A stretch of 64,000 nucleotides of DNA from the human T2T-CHM13v2.0 reference genome, Homo sapiens. The position numbers and the translations under genes were made by a program. Location of the stretch: NCBI RefSeq assembly GCF_009914755.1, contig NC_060942.1; one strand, 5' to 3'. A model generated the notes under the pieces. It made no database searches. It was not told the origin of the DNA and was given only the letters and a program-made list of their open reading frames with translations. Below are positions 1 through 18,762 of this stretch, in pieces. Positions within the stretch are counted from its first letter, which is position 1, and every line of letters begins with the position of its first letter.

Positions 1-1622
<1,622 letters not shown>

Positions 1623-3329
1623 AAGTTGTCTGTACAAACTATTTTCAGCTTTTTTTTTTTTTTCTTTTTACATTGTATTTTTCTGAAACTCTTACTAAAT
1701 GTTGAGGCCTTTCAATATACCTCACAAGGTTTTCAACTGCTCTGCCATTTATTTTAAAACATTCCTTTTTTCTTAAGCTGTAATCTGGGTAAATTCTTCT
1801 GAGCCATTTTGCAACTTAGCAATTTCTCTGTCTTTATCTATATCTTAGTGTTTATTTTGCCTGTTGTGTTTTCCTAATGCCGTATTTTTCATTTCTAATA
1901 TTCTGTTCCTACTTATTTCATATTCACTTGTTCAAGTTTCATTTTTCTTTGCTTTTCAAGTTATATATCCTTTAATTGAAAATCATCCTTTATCTCTTTG
2001 CATATTTAAAATATATATCTAAGTTTTTGTCAGACTGCAATATAAAAGTTACATTTTGCTTGTAGTATTGTGGCCTCTCTTTCTTAGCATTAGATTTATT
2101 TCTTTATTTTAAATTCTGATGTTTACATTCATTTTAGTGAAAGGCTTTTTGATTTTTTTTTTTTCTTTCTCTTTATCTTCTTTTTCTCTTTGTCACTTCC
2201 TTCCTTATCAAACAACTTTGCAGTTATCTCTAAAATGCTCTTTGGGCTCTTTTTCAGAGCTAAGTTTTCCCATCATTGGCTTGGTGTCCCCTGAGCCAGA
2301 GTGACATTGGTACTAGTGCAGGCAAGAGAGTTAGCCTGGAGATTAGCTGGTTTTCCAGCACTTCTGTGTCTGTGTCTGAGTCTGGTTCTCTAAGCCTAGC
2401 ACATTCTAAACATTACAGCTTCAGGTGGAGATTGCTACCATTCTTTTACTTCCACCTTCTTTCTCACTGGGGCATAGATTGGCACCTTAGTCCCTGTCCT
2501 TGTCTTCAATCAATGAGCCTGCCTCCCAGCTCTTACTTAGGAGTTAATCTTCTAGCTGTTCCAGCAGCTTCCAAATTTAAAGTCTAACAGGCTTACTACA
2601 GTTTCAGCCCATTTCACCATTTTTGTTAGTTTACTTCTGTTCTTGATTTTGAGTCCTGGTTATGTCTTCCTGTTTTTTCATTTTTAAATTTTATCTGACT
2701 TTGGTTTGTTTAGTGAGCAGACTAGAATACCCAAATATAAATACACTTGTCTTTCTTGACCAGAAACCTTCATGTAACTTTTCAATCCTAGTTTTCTTTG
2801 TCTGTAAGAACAGGTCAATAAAATCTACCCTATGTATCCAACAGCTTTACAAAATATTAAGTAAAACAGAATGTGATGGTCTTTTAGAAAACTATAAAAA
2901 CAGTATGAAATTTATTATAAAGCACCTTAGTATAAATTGGCTTAAGGGGTTTAGATTTTCATTTGATAGGCTTGGTAGGCACATAAACGTTTTGAAAATG
3001 TATTGTTTCTATCAACCATAGTGAAATTAAACTGTGGTATGTAGTTTAATGATATTTAGTCAATTATGGGCCTTGGTTTATTTAAAGGGAAAGAAACTGA
3101 GATGGTACTCATATAAGTCTTTGTAAAATGTGTAACAACCATAAATAGTAAATATTTACTAAATTGTTTTTAATTAAATGAAGAATGTGACCTTTATCAT
3201 TTATTATTTCATTTACTAGTTTAGTAGTTAAATAACCCCATTTTAATCTATTTTAATACTGTGTAATTCCTGAAATTTTGTAATCATTTCTATATGTTTT
3301 CACTCAATTCTCCAAAAAAGTGGGATTGT

Positions 3330-3480
3330 TTAAACTTTGATTTTGAGATAATTTTAGACTTACATAGATGTTGTAAAAATATCACAGAGTCCCTGCATAC
3401 CTTTTATCCAGTTTCCTCAAAGGATAACACCTCACGTAAGCACAGTACAGTTACCAAGACCAGGAATTTGACAATGGTGT
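3330..3480 (-). mobile_element. Old L1M (L1MC/MD/ME-type) 3' end fragment
   Basis: TTTTGAGATAATTTTAGACTTACA...CCAGGAATTTGACAATGG is typical of reverse-strand L1M 3' UTR. Confidence 0.6.
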
Positions 3481-3481
3481 A

Positions 3482-3982
3482 TGTGGCAAGCAGAATAATG
3501 AGTCTCCCAAAAGGTCCACCCCCTAATCACTGGAAGCTGTGAATATGTGACATTACATGGCAATGGAGAATTGAGTTTGCAGACGGAATGAAGTTTGCTA
3601 ATAGGCCAACTTAATATAGGGAGATCATTCTGGATCATCTGGGTGGACCCCATGTAATCACAGAGTCTTGAAGAATGGAAGAGTGAGGCAGAGGAGGAAG
3701 TCAGAGTGATGTGATATTAAGAACGACTGGAATCACCTTTGTTCATTTGGGGGATAAAGAAAGGGAACCATGAGCTAGGGAATGTAGGTGGCCTCTAGCA
3801 GCTAAAAAAGACAAGGAAACAGATTCTACCCAGAGCTACAGAAGGGACCGCAGTCCTGCTGACACCTTAATTTTAGCCCCTGTCAGACTTCTGACCTACA
3901 GAACTGTAAGATAATGCATTTGCATTGTTTTAAGCCACCAAATTTGTGATAATCTGTTATAGCAGCAAAGAAAACGAACACA
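3482..3982 (+). mobile_element. MaLR solo LTR (MLT1D-like)
   Basis: Starts TGTGGCAAGCAGAATAATG, contains GGGAGATCATTCTGGATCATCTGGGTGGACCC, ends ...AAAACGAACACA. Confidence 0.85.
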
Positions 3983-5296
3983 GTACAATGCCATTTGCAA
4001 AGTATCATTTTGAAGGAAGACAGTAGTAAAGTTGCTTTGAATGGGTAAAATCCTTCTGGGATTTTTTCACATATTTTTCAAATGGTTTCTCAGATGCAGT
4101 GTTTCATGGGCTATTCCTGTAATAACTCAACTGCTCACTGTGTTTTGTCATACAGAACACAGAAATATATCCTTTTTCTAGACACTAATTTATAGGTGCT
4201 TCCTTATACATCTTGTTGCTTTGATTTTCTCTATAATTTATTTAACAGGTGTCTTCTACTTTTAGCTGTTGTGATTAAGACTTAATTATAATTAAAATTT
4301 TTAGCAAGACAACCCTTTGCCCTTATATTCTTTGTTTTAGAAGAAAAAGTTTTAAACTCATATTTTACATTCTAGTATTCAGTGTAGAGTCTTTTTTTTT
4401 TCATTTTAAGCAACAATAGTCTATCTTTAGACTGCACAAGCTAAAACCAAAGGCCTTTGTACACATTTGCATTAAAGAGTGAAAAAACACAGAGGTTATT
4501 GCAAAATGATTTGTTCATCCCATCCCTCAAGTCTGCTTGTTCCCCATTCTAAAGATTTCAAAGTTTTAAAGAATTTCAAAGCACTAAATTTGAGTGAAAG
4601 AAAAATATCATATTTGACATTTGTTTACACATAGTCACAAGAATATGCAGCATGCACTTACATGCCAGTTAAGCATCATCAGGATCAATGTTAACCAACA
4701 TATGTTGAGAATCATCATTGCATTAAGTAACATGTAAGGTACATCTGGACTCAAATTATAATTTATTAAAGAGACCAATGTAGATAGAGATAGAAGATTT
4801 TAAAGGGAGCCTTTTAAAAAATTTTTGGAGTCCTGGGATTTTTCTGCGGTGGTACAAAAAAATGGTAATTTGGGTGGTCATATCTAAGATGACTTGAAGG
4901 AGTTATCAGTGAGGGATGTGTCTGATGAGCTAAGATAACTATGGATTGGGTAAGTCAGTTAGCAACTCAAATGAGATGATCAAGTTTTAGTTGTCGTAAT
5001 TAATCATGTAAACTAAGAAGTGCTGAATAAAGCTCTTGAATAAAGACCATGATTGGGATCCATTGTGCTGTAACCAATAGAAACGAGCAGGTTATAAGCA
5101 GGAAGTGGAATTAAAGAATACCGAAGTGGGTGCTGTGTTGCTGCTCTAATATCCATTCTGCTCCTGTGTGTGGAAGTTACACAGTTTAGAATGGATTGCC
5201 CCCACCTCCAGCTCCAGCCATGGGCCTGAAATAGTGTAATCCCAACAGTGTCATCCTATGCTCCTTGTCAAAATAGTTGGTTCGGGAATGACCACT

Positions 5297-5562
5297 TATA
5301 TTAGTTTCCTGTGGCAGCCATAAATTACCACAAATATGGTGGCTTAAAACAACAGAAATGTATTCTGTTACAGTTCTGGAGGCCAGATGTCTGAAATCAA
5401 GGTGTGATTAGGGCCACACTCCCCTTGGAGGCAAGGACAGAATCCTCCTTGCCTCTTTAGGTTTCTGGTGGCTCTAGGTATGTGGTTGCGTAGATCTAGT
5501 CTCTGCCTCCCACTTCACATGGCCTTTTCCTCTCTCTTGCTTTCTCTTTGTCTCTGTCTCTG

Positions 5563-5614
<52 letters not shown>

Positions 5615-5835
5615 TGTATGTGTGTGTGTGTGTGTGTGTGCCTTCTCTTCTGTCCTGTATCTTATAAAGATACTTGTCCTTAGATTTAGGGCCCATCCAG
5701 CTAATCTGGCATGATCTCATTTTGAGATCCTTAACTTAATTACATCAGCAAAGACTCTTTTACCAAATAAAATCACAGATTCTGGGTGTTAGAATGTGGA
5801 CATATCTTTTTGGGGTCACCATTCAACCCACTACA
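5297..5835 (-). mobile_element. MaLR solo LTR (MLT1B/C-like), apparently nested in an older MLT1J/K-like LTR (~5190-6145)
   Basis: TATATTAGTTTCCTGTGGC...GGCTTAAAACAACAGAAATGTATT...CAGTTCTGGAGGCCAG...ATTCAACCCACTACA. The flanks resemble degenerate MLT1 sequence. Confidence 0.8.
5545..5640. repeat. Compound microsatellite (CT)n(GT)n inside the LTR
   Basis: Directly visible. Confidence 0.95.
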
Positions 5836-6744
5836 CCAGGTGACTCAGGGCTTCCCAGGCTGCAGTGATTATTTTGCAGGTGATCTGAGAATGAAGCTCA
5901 GAGCCTCAGTTGGATGGTTATGGGAAGTAATATTTTATGTCCTAGTGAATGTGAATAAGAAAGCATGTAGTTCCTGCTGTTGCTGGCAGCTCTCTGGCTG
6001 CCTTGATGGAAGCCAGTCTGAAAAATAAGCTGGCACAGAGGAGGCTAAGCTGAGAAACCTGTAGAGAAACAGAGGAAAAGCTCTGACTGGACCCCAACTA
6101 GACCCACCCTGCCTCTGAATTTGTAAATTAGGCAAGCCAATACATTTTTATTTCTCAATTTTATTATGAGGCAATTTTAAGGTATAGTGAGGGAACTAAA
6201 AATAAGCTATAGTTAGGGTACAGCATTTTTTGCATGATAATCAGAAATAAATGATAATAAATATGCTAATATTTCTTAAGCAGTTATATTCTCGGTGCTA
6301 CTACTCTAAGCATTTTATATTGATTATTTAACTTAATTTTCACAATAACCTTGTTTTCTTTTCAGACAAGAAATATCATTTAAGCACATGGTCAAATTCA
6401 GAGTTCAGGGAGAGATGAGGTAAGAGGTATGGGTGGAGACAGACTGCAGAGGGCCTTGGTGTCTAAATTATGGTGATTACATTTGTTCTGTGGACAAGAA
6501 GAATGAATAGATTTGTGCTGTGGACAAGGGAGTGGAATGATCAGCTTTACTTTTGGGGAAGATCACCCGGATGTGGTGTGCAAGCTGACTGAAAATAAAG
6601 AAGACCACAGGCATTCAAGTCAACAGATTAGCCATTGGCCAGGGAATCACCAGAAAAGAACTATACTAGATTATAGTCCAATATAAAAATCTTTCTGTCC
6701 TTTGGTTTATATGCACATCTTGCCTTGTTCTTGGAGGAGGTTTA

Positions 6745-7295
<551 letters not shown>

Positions 7296-7569
7296 AAGAT
7301 GTTAGTATCTTTATATTCCAGATGCTTAGCACAGGGACAGCTACATTGTAGGTAATGAATAATTCTTTGTTGAAAGATTGGATACTGTTACTTCAAAAGA
7401 CAGTCTATTTTTACTGCTAGAGAGGTTTATTCTTTCCATTCATGCCAATTCAAATCAATCAATAAACACCTATTAGGCCCAGATATGATTAAGGCCCTGT
7501 GCTAGACAATGTGGCAAAGCCAGAATGAGTAAGATTTAATACCTGATCTTCATTAGAGAATATTTGAAC

Positions 7570-7880
7570 CTATCTGTTTATAACTTGTACTGGTTGTTCT
7601 AGTTGAGCTTTCTAGAACAACTCATAACAAATCTGTTCTCTCCTTTACATGAAACACTTTCGAATTATTGAAAACAATTATCCTGTCTACACTTAATCTT
7701 TTTTACTCCAGGATAAACAATAAATATACACAATTCCTTCAGCCATTTAGTATAGGACATGGTTTAGGAGAATTCAATCAGTTTAATCATCCTCTCCAGA
7801 CATATTCTAGTTTGTTAATACCTTTTTGTAAATCCAGGGCTCAGAAATAGATACAATAATCCAAGCATGATTAAATGGAC
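7570..7880 (-). mobile_element. L3/CR1 LINE fragment
   Basis: Degenerate CR1-like text (TTAATCTTTTTTACTCCAGGATAAACAA...CAGGGCTCAGAAATAGATACAATAATCCAAG). Confidence 0.55.
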
Positions 7881-10371
7881 AAATAGTGTTATGAGAATCA
7901 GCACCATAAAAATGGTGGCTAAACTTGAATGCATCCACCGGTAAAATGGGAGAATAAAGCAGGTTATATGTTAGAAGCTTGGGGGATTCTTTTAGCTCAC
8001 ATGAAAGGAAAATACAAGATATAAAAAATAATTCAAAGGAAAAGATCATGAAGTAGGAAACATATTATAAAAAACGTGTGATTAAGAAACCGAGATAGGA
8101 TATTATCACACAATATGCATGAAAACAAACTTTTAATATACATTAATAAACAAGTACAAGGAAAGGATTTAAGGAACAGTAGGAATGAGGGTTAACTATG
8201 AAATATGGCCAAAAAAAAAAACAGTGAAAAAAGATGAACCTGAAAAGATGATTTTGTCAGTGTCAAAAGTATTGAGAGAAAATCAAAAAGGACCAAAGGG
8301 TTCTGAAGAAAGGAATTGAAAGATGAGAAATGTAGTATCCCTCCCATTAGTTTGAAATGTCAGAAAAGAAGAAGTGTATGTGAGATATACCCTTTAACCT
8401 TAAATAAAAATAAGGTATTTTGGGTACTATGTATATAATCAATACTAATTTAAATTTTCATTTTCTGTTTCAGTGATGACAGTACATGAGTTTTTCATGT
8501 CAATTAAATAGAAGAAATTGCCTTTCAGGCGGATGTAGTATAATATATAAAATCAAGTGAATTTGGTGGGGTGTTGTGACTGAAAATAGTGAGATATTCC
8601 AAAAACAGGATAATGCAGGAGAATGAGAAAGAGACAAAGATTTTAAAAAGCTTCATAGTGTTAAGATCTCAACAAACAAGTAAACAAAAACGAGCAGCAT
8701 TTAAGAGGCAATGGGCAACAGAGTATCCTAGAAAGTCATTATGATCTCCCCACATACTTCGTATGAGTAAAAAGTAGTTCAAATTAGATTATTAGCCACA
8801 ATGTAAAACAGAATGGATCAAGCTGGTTTTGAAATATAAATATTTACAGTAAAATAGAAACATCTGCACTTAATGTCAAATAGTTAAGGCTACATCTATG
8901 CAACAAATTATTGTGACAAATAATTTATACAAAATGTTTGGCATTGCTCAATATTAAACAGTGTCTAGATATATTTTCAAATAAATATTTTTATGGTGAG
9001 ATAATAAAATGTAAATAAATATAATTGTTTTGGTTATTATCTAGATAAAATGTGTTTATATGTTGTCACCTTATTTCTGAATTATTTTTGTCACATTATT
9101 TCTGAATTCCCCCTTCTGCTCATCACATAACAATAAAATCCTTGTAGAAGTATTGTATTTATAGAGAATCCTCCTTCCTTATGCCAGATATGTGACATAG
9201 CTATTTCTGTTAATGATTAGCAGTCAATACCTATTTGGAAGATTGATTTTTTTCCTTCATCATATATTATCTAGGCATCAGATGTGTTGTTATTGTAGTG
9301 TGTCTTTTATAGAAAGAATAATACTGCTCTCCATACAACAGTAAAATTCAATGGCTAACATAAAACTCTATAAAACACTAGAAGTATGTGTATATTCTGA
9401 AATTAATATGATTTGTTTCTTATAAAGTTTGTGAGCCATGAACTCATTGCTAGCTTCAAGCAATCACATGCAAATATTTATTAAGTTCTACTATATGCTC
9501 CCTGTCTTATCTCTCGTTTCACATTCTAGCCCATGTGTGGTTAGCCTGCAACCATTTAATAGAGAAATAGCATGGACTAAAACAGCAGAGGTCCTAATCC
9601 AGAAATCTTGGTTTAGAAAAGACAACTAAATTAAATCCGCAAAAATATCTACTGACAAGAAACGTATAGGAAGCGCTTAAGGCATTTTCAAAAACCACAC
9701 CAAACAGTGCTCACATTAAAATTCCAAAGTAACTGCCTAAGGTAGTTACTGAAATAAATATAGATATATAGAGAAGCCTAGAATAATGCCAGCAAATCAA
9801 AGCAGAAATAATATATAACTCTGAAAATTAATTCCAGAAAAACAAGCTTAAAATACAAAACATGTAAAAAAAAACTGCATTGTAAAATTTTAAGGATACC
9901 ATAAAATTATAAATAATTAGTGATAATTTTAGTGTTATGAATATGCTGGTTAATTTTAGTTAGTTTAGTTAACTAATCAATGAAGAGAATTTCCAGTAAA
10001 ATGGGGGCATATTGGACTCATGCATTGATCTCTACTCCCTCATCAAACCTCTCTAAACTGAAAGGAAATGAATTAGAAAAGAAATACAGTTACAAAATAT
10101 AGATAAGGGAAGGGAGAATTTTACAAGAGAGACATCACAAAGTTTTTTTGTTTTTTTGTTTTTTTAATTATACTTTAAGTTTTAGGGTACATATGCACAA
10201 CGTGCAGGTTAGTTACATATGTATACATGTGCCATGTTGGTGTGCTGCACCCATCAACTCATCATTTAACATTAGTTATATCTCCCAATGCTATCCCTCC
10301 CCCTTCCCCCCACCCCACAACAGGCCCCAGTGTGTGATGTTCCCCTTCCTGTGTCCATGTGTTCTCATTGT

Positions 10372-14214
<3,843 letters not shown>

Positions 14215-14292
14215 TTATTTTGCTCATTAGTTGATGCAGTTTCTTCCTAGCCTTGATGGTCTTTACAATTTGGCATGTTTTTGCAGTGGCTG

Positions 14293-14982
14293 CTACTGGT
14301 TGTTCCTTTCCATGTTTAGTGCTTCCTTCAGGAGCTCTTTTAGGGCAAGCCTGGTGGTGAGGCAAGCTCTCAGCATTTGCTTGTCTGTAAAGGATTTTAT
14401 TTCTCCTTCACTTATGAAGCTTAGTTTGGCTGGATATGAAATTCTGGGTTGAAAATTCTTTTCTTTAAGAATGTTGAATATTGGCCCCCACTCTCTTCTG
14501 GCTTGTAGAGTTTCTGCCAAGAGATCCGCTGTTAGTCTGATGGGCTTCCCTTTGTGGGTAACCCAACCTTTCTCTCTGGCTGCTCTTAACATTTTTTCCT
14601 TCATTTCAACTTTGGTGAATCTGACAATTATGTGTCTTGGAGTTGCTCTTCTCGAGGAGTATCTTTGTGGCGTTCTCTGTATTTCCTGAAACTGAAAGTT
14701 GGCCTGCCTTGCTAGATCCTTTAAGGACTTCTCTGCATTGGTTATTCTAGTTAGCCATTTGTCTAATTTTTTTTCGAGGTTTTTAACTTCTTTGCCATGG
14801 CTTCGAACTTCCTCCTTTAGCTCGGAGTAGTTTGATCGTCTGAAGCCTTCTTCTCTCAAGTCGTCAAAGTCATTCTCCATCCAGCTTTGTTCCGTTGCTG
14901 GTGAGGAGCTGTGTTCCTTTGGAGGAGGAGAGGCGCTCTGCTTTTTAGAGTTTCCAGTTTTTCTGCTCTGTTTTTTCCCCAT
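14293..14982 (-). pseudogene. L1 ORF1p, open for 229 aa, lacking ~99 internal residues and the last 10 residues
   Basis: MGKKQSRKTGNSK...EKSLKDL|ARQANFQFQEIQRTPQRY...ALNMERNNQ*, compared with the 338-aa ORF1p. Confidence 0.95.
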
Positions 14983-15559
14983 CTTTGTGGTTTTATCTAC
15001 CTTTGGTCTTTGATGATGGTGACGTACAGATGGGGTTTTGGTGTGGATGTCCTTTCTGTTTGTTAGTTTTCCTTCTAACAGTCAGGACCCTCAGCTGCAG
15101 GTCTGTTGGAGTTTGCTGGAGGTCCACTCCAGACACTTGTTTGCCTGGGTATCAGCAGTGGAGGCTGCAGAACAGTGGATATTGGTGAACAGCAGATGTT
15201 GCTGCCTGATCGTTCCTCTGGAAGTTTTGTCTCAGAGGAGTACCTGGCCATGTGAGGTGTCAGTCTGCCCCTACTGGGGGGTGCCTCCCAGTTAGGCTAC
15301 TCAGGGGTCAGGGACCCACTTGAGGAGGCAGTCTGTCCGTTCTCAGATCTCCAGCTGCATGCTAGGAGAACCGCTACTCTCTTCAAGGCTGTCAGACAGG
15401 GACATTTAAGTCTGCAGAGGATTCTGCTGCCTTTTGTTTGGCTGTGCCCTGCCCCCTAGAGGTGGAGTCTACAGAGGCAGGCAGGCCTCCTTGAGCTGCA
15501 GTGGGCTCCACCCAGTTCAAGCTTCCTGGCCGCTTTGTTTACCTACTCAAGCCTCCGCA

Positions 15560-15691
15560 ATGGCGGGCGCCCCTCTCCCAGCCTCACTGCCGCCTTGCAG
15601 TTTCATCTCAGACTGCTGTGCTAGCAATGAGCGAGGCTCCGTGGGCGTAGGACCCTCCAAGCCAGGTGCAGGATATAATCTCCTGCTGTGA
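15560..15691 (+). pseudogene. L1 ORF0 (antisense 5' UTR ORF), truncated at 43 aa
   Basis: MAGAPLPASLPPCSFISDCCASNERGSVGVGPSKPGAGYNLLL* matches the ORF0 N-terminus, with a premature TGA. Confidence 0.85.
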
Positions 15692-16029
15692 CGTTTGCTA
15701 AGACCACTGGAAAAGCGCATTATTAGGGTGGGAGTGACCCTAATTTCCAGGTGCCATCTGTCACCCCTTTCTTTGACTAGGAAAGGGAATTCCCTGATCC
15801 CTTGCACTTCCCGGGTGAGGCCATGCCTCACCCTGCTTCGGCTCACGCTCAGTGCACTGCACCCAATGTCCTGCACCCACTTTCTGATACTCCCCAATGA
15901 GATGAACCCTGTACCTCAGTTGGAAATGCAGAAATCACCCGTCTTCTGTGTTGCTCATGCTGGGAGCTGTAGACTGGAGCTGTTCCTATTCGGCCATCTT
16001 GGCTCCACCCTTGTTTCACACAAAGTTTT

Positions 16030-17620
16030 ATAAATATGGAATGCAGACAAAGGAGTGATAACTAACTTTAAAGATCATAAAAGCTGAAATGAAAGTTTTT
16101 TCATAGATACCAGAAAGAAGCAAGATGTTGTTTGCTATAAAATCCAGGAAAGGTTGACCAGGTTGCCCCGAAGAGGGAAGGCAAGAGAGAAGGCAACAGA
16201 TTATCAGAACAAAAGTGAGGCAAAGAATGTGGGGACAAAACAAAACAAAACAAAGTAAAACCAAAAAGTTAAAATAACTATATGTCACAGCCTCAGAAAG
16301 ATAAGAGAAAATATTGGTTCCACCAAAAAAGGAAAGGCCCTATGTTTAATAAAAAGACAAGAAATCAGAAAGAAAAAAAAAAAACGCTTTTGCAAATGAA
16401 AAATATAACCAAGTGAAAAACATATGAGTTGGAAGATAAGTTAAGGTGATTCTTAGAAAGTAAACAAAAAGAAAAAAAAAGATGGAAAATTGAAGAGGAA
16501 AAAAAGCCAGGAAATTGGATTAATTTAAGAGATTCAACATCTAAGTAATAGGAATTTCAGACAGTTAGAAGTGAGAAAACAAAATGAAGAAGACCATTAA
16601 TGATATAATTCAAGAAAATTTCAGGGAACTGAAAAACATGAGTTTCTAGATCTAAAGAGATCACTCTGAGTACTTAGCAAAATGGATAAAAAAATAAATA
16701 CACTATGGGACATTGTCTTGACATTTCAGAACACTGGTAATAAAGAAAAGGTTCTATATATGTTGTCAGAGAAAAACAAACAGATCACATGAGGAGGATC
16801 AAGAATCAAAATTGTGTTAGACTTGTCAGTAGCAACACTGGAATCTAGAATAAGGCAATGGAGCAAGAATGCCTTCAAAATTCTCAAGGAAAACAATTAT
16901 CACTTAAAATTGTATTAAATGCTACCAAATTCTATCAATGTGTCAATCAAGGTTGTGTGTGTAAAATAAACATTTTCAGACAAGTTCTCAAAATATCTAC
17001 CTCTCGGAAAGATACCAGAGGACATAACAAGGCAAGGGAGTTAGATGAGCGGAAGAAATGGGATGCAGAAACCTGATCTGAAAAAGGAGAGAGAGAAAAG
17101 AAAATTTCGATTGGTTGGCAGGATAACAGCTGTGTAACAGGTGTAGAGAGCAAGCATTTCAAATTGGAGCAAAACAGATGCTTGGGAGACTGTGTGGAAA
17201 GATAAAACTGGCAGACAAGATGGTTTGTTTTAAAATCTAGACAGAATATTTAGACAATGATGAAGAGCTTGCTTGGATAAGTGATACAAACTTAGAACTT
17301 TGAGCAAATGAAAGAGTAAGATGCTATTAACTTCAGGGAAAATAGAAAATGCAGAAAAGGAAAAAATTAGATGAAGCTGCACAGCTAAATCGTGGATAAC
17401 ATTTACATTGTCATAATAATGAAAGCACTGACTCTAAACAAAATGGCATCACTATAATGGAAGAATAGGAGGGTTGGAAGGACCAGGACATACATGCATG
17501 GTTGAATGAAGAAGGAACAATGACTAAATCCTCTCATCCCATGGTGGGAAGTCAGTAGATAAAGCCTAAAACTAAAATATCAAGTTCCAATATAGATATT
17601 GTTGAGAGACAAAAGTAAGC
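16030..17620 (+). mobile_element. Ancient L1M/HAL1-like ORF1-region fragment, probably the host of the L1PA (left part ~9990-10140)
   Basis: A-rich ORF1-like text (ATTCAACATCTAAGTAATAGGAATTTCAG...ATAATTCAAGAAAATTTC...GAACTGAAAAACATGAG). Confidence 0.6.
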
Positions 17621-18762
17621 ACCAAATATAAAAGTTCACATGACTCATAACCAGCAGAGCCAGAATCCAAACATAGGCTTGTCTGTCTCCAAATTACATT
17701 GCTTCTGTGTCCCCTGCTAATAAAACTTCCGTAGTGATGCCAAAATTATGAAATGTATCAAAAATTTCTTTTAAAGGAGCTAATTTTTTATTAGTTACAA
17801 AAGGGGTTGATTAAATAAATGATAACCTAAGTAACTTAGTGCTACTATCTTAAGAAAACATTGTATTTTCTAACACTGGCAAATAGTTTTTCATCATTAA
17901 CCCACATCTAAGTGCTTACAAAAGTGGACATCCACACTGAAATACCACAGCCACATAGAACTTCCTTTTTTAACGGCTACAAGTTCTTGCTATCACAAAA
18001 TATATCTTCTGAATTCCTGACCCCTTTGTGGCATTTTACCTGCAGACTATTTTGAAAGGCTTCACAATCCTGGCTTCCACAGTGGTAATCATTGCTTTTT
18101 CAACCTTTAACAAACTCATCCCTTTCTCTTTCTTCTGTCTTGGAGTTCTCCCCTTCTTTCTCTTCTCTGCTTCGTCCTCCAAAAAATGACCTAATTTCTC
18201 AAACAGGAAATCTCAATCTGTATTTCCAGTTCCAATAACTCATCTGTTCTGGTCTCATATTTCTCAATGCCTACTAGACATTTTCATTTGTATATTCCAC
18301 CATTTCTCACACTTCTTAATTTGTCCAAATTTCTTATGATCACAAACAGGGCTCTTCCTGATCTAGCTGTTGACCACCTCGTTAATTTTATCATTCATAC
18401 CTGTCCCTCAAACTCTACTCTCCAGCAAAACTAAACTATTTAAATTCTTAAGAACTAGCTGCATTCTTTTTTTGTCTCTGGACACATGAACACTCTCTCT
18501 TTTCTTTTTAAGATCCTTCACCAACCTTGGGTTGATCTCTGTTCTTTAGAACTCATCTTTGAAGTGATGCTCACAGAATCCTCCATCCCAAGGACAGTGC
18601 CTTAGACACAGTGAGTGGAACAGAAATATTTATTGAATAAAAAAACAAAAAGACTCTTGGGTAGATGATCTATCTCTAGACAGTCTCTTCAGTTCAACAG
18701 AAATAATGGTGCTTCATTAATCTTTCTTAAACATTGCTTTTTAACTATTTTTCATTTGCCTA

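Noticed and set aside
8000-9050. A-rich stretch that might be a decayed transposon
   Set aside because: I could not assign a family or find terminal repeats by eye; a Dfam search is needed.
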